Under the pieces are notes generated by a model. It had not been told where the DNA came from, did not search any database, and worked only from the letters and a program-made list of their open reading frames with translations. Below, piece after piece: positions 57,749-64,000 of a stretch of DNA of 64,000 bases (position 1 is its first letter; every line of letters starts with the position of its first letter). Source of the DNA: an uncultured Verrucomicrobiae bacterium (GTDB lineage Bacteria; Verrucomicrobiota; Verrucomicrobiia; Chthoniobacterales; UBA10450). The position numbers and the translations under genes are program-made. Location: positions 672,001 through 736,000 of the forward strand of contig CAVYXA010000003.1 in the NCBI GenBank assembly GCA_963772365.1, read 5' to 3'.

Positions 57749-58993
57749 TCAAAGTTTTGCTGGCTCTTCCAACAATTCGATCACGCGTTTTAGCAATCGC
57801 GCGGCGCCACCGCCGTCGATGCTACGATGATCGAAACTCAATGTGATTTGCGCTTCGGTTTTCGGGACGAATTCATTCTTCGATTCGTCCCAGACCGGAA
57901 CCTTTTTTCCGACGCCCAGACCGAGGAGCAATGTTTGATCGGGCAGGGGAATTGGTGTGCCCCATTCCACTCCGAACGTTCCGAAATTAGAAACCGTGGC
58001 TATGCCGCCGGCTTGCATATCCGGCGAAATGCGGCGCTGTCGTGCATGCTCGACCAGCTCCGAATATTTCGATTGCAGATCGACAAGCGATGTTTTGTCG
58101 GCGGCGCGAATGACCGGCACCATGATTCCATCCTGCGCTTCAACTGCGATGCCGATGTCGGTCGAATCCGATTGGACGACTCGATTGCCAATGAATTTCG
58201 CCGCTGCGCCGGGATTTTCTCCAAGAGCGAGCGCTAGCGCGCGCACCGCATAAAGTCCAGGCCCGGGTTTTGGATCTCGAGACTTCCGGTCTTGCAAAAC
58301 TGGATCGAGATTAACCGAGGAACCGATTGTCGAAAGCGGACGCGTCCAGCTTCGCCTCATTGCATCAGCCACACCTGCACGAAGCGCCGATGCATCCTGC
58401 GCAGTCTGATTGTCGATCTTCTGCAGGAAATTTTCCAGATCGCGGATGGTAACGCGATTGCCTGTACCGGTCCCGCTGATTCCGGCCAGATCGGCATTGG
58501 TTAAGTTCAATCCGGCCATCCGCGCGCGGACGCGTGGCGAAATGAAGGTCGCGCCTTTAGTTGTCGCAGGAACGGGCAGGCCGCCAGCAGACGCGCCCTT
58601 GGAAGGCGCGAATGTTTTGTAGCCTTCGCCGTCGATAGCAAAATGCGGCTTCGACTCGTGCACTTCTTCGTCAGCGCGCGCGGGAATTTCCTCCGCGACT
58701 TCTTTCTGCGGCGGAGGAGGTGTTTGCTTCACGAATCGCGCCGCGTCCGCTTCGCTGGCTTCCACGTAGCCGAGCACCGACCCGATCGGATAAGTCTCCT
58801 TTAGTTGCGCCGTGATTTTATCGATCTTGCCTTTGCACGGGGTCGTGACGCCCATCACAGCTTTCTGCGTCTCCACGTCGATGATTTCCTGATCGGCTGC
58901 GACTTCATCGCCTGGTTTCACCTTGATCTCAACAATCGTCGCTTCGGCAATCGATTCCCCCAGCTGCGGCATGATAATGGGAACTTGTGGCAT
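57749..58993 (-). CDS. 2-oxoacid dehydrogenase E2 dihydrolipoamide acyltransferase
   Basis: MPQLGESI.EA, VETQKA lipoyl Lys, SFDHRSIDG. Confidence 0.9.
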   Translation of the reverse strand: MPQVPIIMPQLGESIAEATIVEIKVKPGDEVAADQEIIDVETQKAVMGVTTPCKGKIDKITAQLKETYPIGSVLGYVEASEADAARFVKQTPPPPQKEVAEEIPARADEEVHESKPHFAIDGEGYKTFAPSKGASAGGLPVPATTKGATFISPRVRARMAGLNLTNADLAGISGTGTGNRVTIRDLENFLQKIDNQTAQDASALRAGVADAMRRSWTRPLSTIGSSVNLDPVLQDRKSRDPKPGPGLYAVRALALALGENPGAAAKFIGNRVVQSDSTDIGIAVEAQDGIMVPVIRAADKTSLVDLQSKYSELVEHARQRRISPDMQAGGIATVSNFGTFGVEWGTPIPLPDQTLLLGLGVGKKVPVWDESKNEFVPKTEAQITLSFDHRSIDGGGAARLLKRVIELLEEPAKL

Positions 58994-58997
58994 AAAT

Positions 58998-59966
58998 TTA
59001 TTCTCGGAGCAATTGTCGGGCTTTCGCGACGATATTTTTCGCGTTCGGCCGATGCGCGCTCCACAAGCTTGGATGATAGGGAATTGGCGTATCTTTGGCG
59101 TTGATCCGTTGCGGCGCGGCATCGAGAAGGTGAAATCCTTCCGCAGTTGCGCGGGCCATGATCTCTGCGGTAGCGCCGCCCCAGGGGAATGACTCACCGA
59201 CGCACAGCAATCGCCCAGTGCGCGCGACCGATGCGAGCACGGTATCGGTATCGAGTGGTTTCACGGTGCGAAGATCGACAACTTCAATTTCGAAATTGTC
59301 GCGAGCGAGCTCGTCGGCGGCGATTAAGGATTCCTGCACCATAGCGCTGTAACTCACGATCGTGAGATCGCGACCTTCACGCGCGATCCGGGCTCGACCC
59401 GTGGGCAGACCTTTCTCCGGAAGTTTCTCGGCCTTGAGATGGTAATAGAGATATTTGTGCTCGCAGTACACGACCGGATCGTCGATCGCAACGGCATCGA
59501 TTAACATCGTGTATGCATCCTCCACCGTGGCCGGCGTCATCACGATCAATCCCGGGTAGTGCGCGTAGATCGATTCCATCGATTGACTGTGAAATGGCCC
59601 GCTTCCTTTTGTTCCGCCGCTCGGCAATCGCACGGTGATCGGAATTGGAACATTGGTCCGCCAATAATGTGTCCCGGCGTTATTCAAAATCTGATTCAGA
59701 GCGATGCTGGAGAAGTCGGCGAACTGCATCTCGATGATCGGACGCATTCCTTGTATGGCCGCTCCGATCGCGGTGCCTACCATTGCGTCTTCGCTGATCG
59801 GTGTATTCAGAACGCGCCCGGGAAATTGCTTGGCTAAACCTTTCGTAGCTTTGAATGCACCACCGAAAGTTCCGCCGACGTCCTGGCCATAAATAAAAAC
59901 ACGTGGGTCGTCCCGCAGCAATTTCGCCTGCGCTTCGCGAATGGCTTCGAGATAAGTGATGCTCAT
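58998..59966 (-). CDS. 2-oxoacid dehydrogenase E1 beta subunit
   Basis: NTPISE, EMQFADF, HSQS.E, DPV..CEHK. Confidence 0.92.
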   Translation of the reverse strand: MSITYLEAIREAQAKLLRDDPRVFIYGQDVGGTFGGAFKATKGLAKQFPGRVLNTPISEDAMVGTAIGAAIQGMRPIIEMQFADFSSIALNQILNNAGTHYWRTNVPIPITVRLPSGGTKGSGPFHSQSMESIYAHYPGLIVMTPATVEDAYTMLIDAVAIDDPVVYCEHKYLYYHLKAEKLPEKGLPTGRARIAREGRDLTIVSYSAMVQESLIAADELARDNFEIEVVDLRTVKPLDTDTVLASVARTGRLLCVGESFPWGGATAEIMARATAEGFHLLDAAPQRINAKDTPIPYHPSLWSAHRPNAKNIVAKARQLLRE

Positions 59967-60002
59967 GGTGCGGATGACAAATCAATGACGAATGACGACG
60001 TA

Positions 60003-60120
60003 CGTTTTCGCGAAGCTTTCGGAGTGCGGTCGCGTCCTCGCGCCGCTTTTGCAAAATTAAATTTACGATGTGAAAGCGGTGCGAGGACGCCCCGCACTCC
60101 AAAGCACTTCGTGCGAAACG
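60003..60120. repeat. GGAG-tagged REP doublet inside a longer inverted repeat
   Basis: ggagtgcggtcgcgtcctcgcgccgcttt...aaagcggtgcgaggacgccccgcactcc. Confidence 0.75.
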
Positions 60121-60149
60121 AAAATTCCGATTTCGTCATTCGGGCTTCG

Positions 60150-61217
60150 TCATTCATTTTCGAACTGATCGGCCAATTGCCGCGTCGAGATTGCACACCA
60201 ATCTTCTTTGTCGCCCTCGGGCTGCGGATCGGTTTGCGCTGTCGCGATGGCTTCATCGACCTGGCGCGCGGCGTCTTCGCGCCATGATTTCAACGTCTCG
60301 GGATCAGCCAACTTCAGATCGAGAATTTTTTCCTCCGTTAATTTGACGCAATCTTGGGCGAACTTTTCGCGTTTGATTTCTTCGGTGACATATCTGGCAT
60401 CGTCATGTTCGCCATGGCCCGACAAACGCAAAATGGATGCGACGACCAGTTGCGGAGGACGCCCGGCACGAGCCCGTTGCACGGCGCTGCCGATCATATT
60501 CAGACATGCATTAAGGTCGGTACCATCGACAGTGCAGCCTTCAAAGCCGTAGCCAACGGCGCGCTCGACCAGATTTGCGCAGGCAAATTCGCGATCGTTC
60601 GGCGTCGAGTAGGCATAATGATTATTTGTCGCCACGACCACCAACGGCACCTGCTCCACGGCCGCGATGTTCATTCCTTCGTGGAATGAACCGGTTTGCA
60701 TTCCGCCTTCGCCGATGCTGGTGAGCCCAACGAAGTTTTTCTCGCCGCGGCCGCGTTTTGCCATGAGCGCGCCGACCATGACCGAGACCATCGAGCCAAG
60801 ATGACTGATCATCGCCAGCTGATTATTGCGCGGCCGGCCACGATGAATATTTCCATCGCGACCGCGCATCGGCCCGAGTCGCGAGCCGAGATAAGTCCGC
60901 GCAACATCGACAAGCGGTTCGCCAAACGCCGAGCGTCCGGCCTGGTCGCGAATCAACGGACCGAAAATGTCATTCTTTTCCAAAAACAATCCACACGCGA
61001 CGCTGACCGCTTCCTGGCCTTTTCCGATGTAAACGCCGCCTATGATCTGTCCGCCGCGGTAAAGGCTAACCAGCTTCTCCTCAAACACCCGCGTGAGCAG
61101 CATCCAGCGAAACGCTTCCAAAAACCGCGGATGGACCTGCGTCTTTTTCGGTGCGGATTTTACTGGCGCAGATTTGGTCGAAGTTTTTTTCCCTTTGCGC
61201 TGCGCCGTCTGAAGCAT
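60150..61217 (-). CDS. 2-oxoacid dehydrogenase E1 alpha subunit (BCKDH-like GEG motif)
   Basis: GQEA, GEGG...G.FHEG.N.A...NN, R..GH..HD. Confidence 0.9.
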   Translation of the reverse strand: MLQTAQRKGKKTSTKSAPVKSAPKKTQVHPRFLEAFRWMLLTRVFEEKLVSLYRGGQIIGGVYIGKGQEAVSVACGLFLEKNDIFGPLIRDQAGRSAFGEPLVDVARTYLGSRLGPMRGRDGNIHRGRPRNNQLAMISHLGSMVSVMVGALMAKRGRGEKNFVGLTSIGEGGMQTGSFHEGMNIAAVEQVPLVVVATNNHYAYSTPNDREFACANLVERAVGYGFEGCTVDGTDLNACLNMIGSAVQRARAGRPPQLVVASILRLSGHGEHDDARYVTEEIKREKFAQDCVKLTEEKILDLKLADPETLKSWREDAARQVDEAIATAQTDPQPEGDKEDWCAISTRQLADQFENE

Positions 61218-61277
61218 CCGCCAATTTTACGCAGGATCGACAATCGTGCGCAAAAATTGTTTCACCCCTTAGTTCGA

Positions 61278-61365
61278 AGGTGAAACGCGTTTTCCTCAAC
61301 GCGTCGGAGAAGAAAATGCGGCATCGCCCTACGTTAACATCGTCTTCGGAGAAGCCGATCCACCT
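61278..61365. repeat. GTGG-tagged REP doublet (family A, copy 3, degenerate)
   Basis: aggtgaaacgcgttttcctcaacgcgt...aacatcgtcttcggagaagccgatccacct; overlaps the smc TAG. Confidence 0.7.
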
Positions 61366-64000
61366 ATCGGCCTGCTAAGGCGAGGTGCCGTTGGGTTGCA
61401 GTTTCGCCGTGACCGTTGCCGTTTCCATTTGAAGCTTGCTCGATGGCAACTTCACGCGGGCCGGTCAATTTCATCCCAACCAGTTTACTGACGCCTCGCT
61501 CTTCCATCGTCACGCCGTAAAGAATGTCGGCCTTGGCGATGGTGCGCTTGTTGTGGGTGATGATGATGAACTGGCTTTGCTCAACGAATCGATCGAGGAC
61601 ACGCACAAATCGATTGATGTTGCTCTCATCCAGCGGTGCGTCGATTTCATCGAGAATACAGAATGGACTCGGCCGGACCATGTAGATCGCAAAGAGCAAC
61701 GCCACCGCGGTCATGGCACGTTCGCCGCCGCTCAGCAGTGAGACGGCCTGCAATTGTTTCCCGGGCGGTTTCGCACTGATCTCGATTCCGCAATTGAGCG
61801 GATCGTTTTCGTCCATGAGTGACAGATCAGCCCTGCCGCCGCCGAAAAGTTCGGCAAACATTTCACGGAAATTCAGCCGGACCTGGGCGAACGTCTCCGC
61901 GAATAATTTTCGCGTTGTCGAATTGATCTTCGCAATGACATCAAGCAATTCGCGGCGCGAATTTGTGAGATCATTGTTTTGCGTTTCGAGAAACTTGTAA
62001 CGTTCCTCAAGCTCATCGTACTCCTGCACGGCCTCTAAATTGACCGGACCCATTTCGTCGAGACGTCGAGTCATCTCCGCAATCACAGTTTCAACTCCAG
62101 AGAGATCGACATCCGCGTTCCTTTCTGCCTTCAGTTGAACGCGCAATGTTTTTTCAAACGCCGCGTCATCCGTCACAAAACTGCGGAGATCGGTTTGGTA
62201 ACGCCGCTGCACACGTTCGACCAGATTGTCGATCTTCATCTGCAACTGCGATTCCCGCACCTGTTGCTGCGCCCTCTGATCGTGCAAGTCATTCAAGCCA
62301 TTTCGAACAGTTCGCAAATTCGTCTCCGTTTCGGTGGTCACGTTCAATTGCTGCGTCCTTTGCTCCACCAATGCAGTAATTGATTCTTCCAACCTCGTTC
62401 GCTGTTCAGTGTGACCTTCAATCTCTGCTTCGGCAGTCTTCGATTCGCCGGCTTGCGCGCTCAACCGTGTTTCGAAATCGGTAATCTCGGCCTTTCGCGT
62501 TGCGATCGTCTCGGCCAGTTCCGTTTCGCGATCGATCATCGGCTGACGTTGAGCAATGAGATTGTCGTGACGCTGCCGTTCCGTCGCCAACGCGAGGCGA
62601 AGATCGTTCAGCTTCGTGTTGGATACCTCTTCGCGCCTGATTAAGTCATCGCATGATGCCTGCGCTTCATTTTTCTGCGCCTCGTTCCCGGCCAGCGTTG
62701 TGCGTTCTGAATCTAATTCTTCTTCCAAATCCCTGACGCGCTGGTCCGCCGCCTCAAGTTGCTGGGCAAGAGTGTTCCGATCCGAGTTTAGATCCTCTAT
62801 CTTTCGTCGAACTTCATCTAATTCCCGCTCCAGAAACTGGATTCGATTTTCCGAAATGGATTGCTCCCGACCGGCGTTTTCAAAGTGAGTGCGCGCCTTT
62901 TCGAAAGCGCTGGTGGCCTTTTCCAAACGCAGCTTTGACTCGTCCTGCTTTTGCCTCAGCACCTCGCGTTGTTTGGTGAGAACGGAATATTCCGCCGTCA
63001 GAATGGAGATCCGCGATTTCCGCTCGAGCAACGAATCCGAAGTTGCATCGGCGCTGCCGCCGAAGACAACGCCATCGGCAGAAATGAATTCCCCCGCCAG
63101 CGTGGCGGCGGCCAGATCATCATTCTGTTTTTTCCATGCCAAAGCATGATTGAGGTCATCGCACAGAGCGACATTGTGCAGCAAGCGCTTACAAAACGGT
63201 GCCAGATCATCCGGCGCCTTCACATGGTCCGTTGCCCAGCCCAGCGAGTTCGCTGGCAGCCTTCCTGGTTTTGTGCCGTTTCCGTTGTCGAACTTCGAAA
63301 TGACCAATGCAGCCTGCCCTAGTTTATTCTTGGTTAACTTGGAGATGATCTCGGGAGCAAGGGCTGGATCATCTAAAACAATCGCGTGCAAATTACGGCC
63401 CAAAGCCGCTTCAATCGCGCGCACAAATTTCGGATCGACATCTAATTTTGATACCAATGCGCCCGCCACTGCGGGTTTAATTCGGGCCGGCTCGTCGAGC
63501 CCTTTCAGCACCTCCTGCGAACCTTTGGCCAAACCTTCGCCTTCTTCGTTTAACTGACGCAGAACTTCCAGGCGCGATTCCTTTTCGGTGAGCGCGCGAT
63601 CAAGCACAACGAGACTCGCTTCCGCATCGGCTAGGAGCTGCTGATGTTGCTGCAACGTTTCCTCGCGCGTCTTTGTTTCTGTCTTTAGAAGATCGACATT
63701 TTCCTGCGACTTCGCGATCGCTGCCCGAGCGGTGGCGATTTCTTTTTCAACGCGCATCCGGTTCTTGGTTGCTTCGGAAATGGCGGATTCGAGGTCGCTA
63801 CCATTTTCTCGAGTTGTCTCCCGGCGGATGGTGATGCCAGAAAGCTCATGTTCGAGCTCTTTGATTCGATTCTCGCCTCTCGAAAGCTCCGCGTCGATTT
63901 TCTCGATCTTCGCTCTAACCGCGGATCGCTCCGCTCGAATCTGTGAAATCGCTTCTGTAAGCTCGCCAAGTTCCAACTCCTTCGTCTTAAGAAGTTGGGT
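61364..64000 (-). CDS. smc: Chromosome segregation protein SMC (3' part, runs off the window)
   Basis: Hinge, coiled coil, LSGGE, PFCILDEIDAPLD, IITH. Confidence 0.96.
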   Translation of the reverse strand, partial: TQLLKTKELELGELTEAISQIRAERSAVRAKIEKIDAELSRGENRIKELEHELSGITIRRETTRENGSDLESAISEATKNRMRVEKEIATARAAIAKSQENVDLLKTETKTREETLQQHQQLLADAEASLVVLDRALTEKESRLEVLRQLNEEGEGLAKGSQEVLKGLDEPARIKPAVAGALVSKLDVDPKFVRAIEAALGRNLHAIVLDDPALAPEIISKLTKNKLGQAALVISKFDNGNGTKPGRLPANSLGWATDHVKAPDDLAPFCKRLLHNVALCDDLNHALAWKKQNDDLAAATLAGEFISADGVVFGGSADATSDSLLERKSRISILTAEYSVLTKQREVLRQKQDESKLRLEKATSAFEKARTHFENAGREQSISENRIQFLERELDEVRRKIEDLNSDRNTLAQQLEAADQRVRDLEEELDSERTTLAGNEAQKNEAQASCDDLIRREEVSNTKLNDLRLALATERQRHDNLIAQRQPMIDRETELAETIATRKAEITDFETRLSAQAGESKTAEAEIEGHTEQRTRLEESITALVEQRTQQLNVTTETETNLRTVRNGLNDLHDQRAQQQVRESQLQMKIDNLVERVQRRYQTDLRSFVTDDAAFEKTLRVQLKAERNADVDLSGVETVIAEMTRRLDEMGPVNLEAVQEYDELEERYKFLETQNNDLTNSRRELLDVIAKINSTTRKLFAETFAQVRLNFREMFAELFGGGRADLSLMDENDPLNCGIEISAKPPGKQLQAVSLLSGGERAMTAVALLFAIYMVRPSPFCILDEIDAPLDESNINRFVRVLDRFVEQSQFIIITHNKRTIAKADILYGVTMEERGVSKLVGMKLTGPREVAIEQASNGNGNGHGETATQRHLALAGR

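Noticed and set aside
60680..60730. GEG instead of GDG in the E1 alpha TPP motif
   Set aside because: GEG is normal for branched-chain 2-oxoacid dehydrogenase E1 alpha.
1..64000. CRISPR array, prophage or IS transposase
   Set aside because: No regularly spaced repeat-spacer array and no phage or transposase motifs in the ORFs.

Overview
A roughly 55% GC (estimated by eye) bacterial chromosomal segment. Gene content and repeat style point to a soil Verrucomicrobiota genome (Spartobacteria/Chthoniobacterales, Ca. Udaeobacter-like); this is an inference. Housekeeping genes (trpS, infA, ald, smpB, rpoZ, glmS, cfa, sufT, a 2-oxoacid dehydrogenase E1a/E1b/E2 set, the 3' part of smc, tRNA-Tyr, tRNA-Pro) are interleaved with small accessory islets, two toxin-antitoxin clusters and a partial kynurenine pathway (kynA, kynB, nbaC, nbaD). 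At least five REP-like palindromic repeat families occur, some translated in frame inside genes. The top finding is ORF 9243-10070, which by eye matches bacterial gasdermins along the whole pore-forming domain. Unlike the characterised bacterial gasdermins I know of, its conserved N-terminal Cys is preceded by a lipoprotein-type signal peptide and no protease gene is adjacent, so it is a candidate exported lipoprotein gasdermin. Other notable items are a candidate ~120-nt sRNA with a sigma70 promoter and terminator, a ~1.8 kb islet bounded by two alleles of an MFS gene 3' end, a sigma54/enhancer-box PEP-CTERM gene, a putative cold-shock operon, and several 1-nt frameshifts that may be sequencing artefacts. 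All family assignments are by manual motif recognition; no searches were run.
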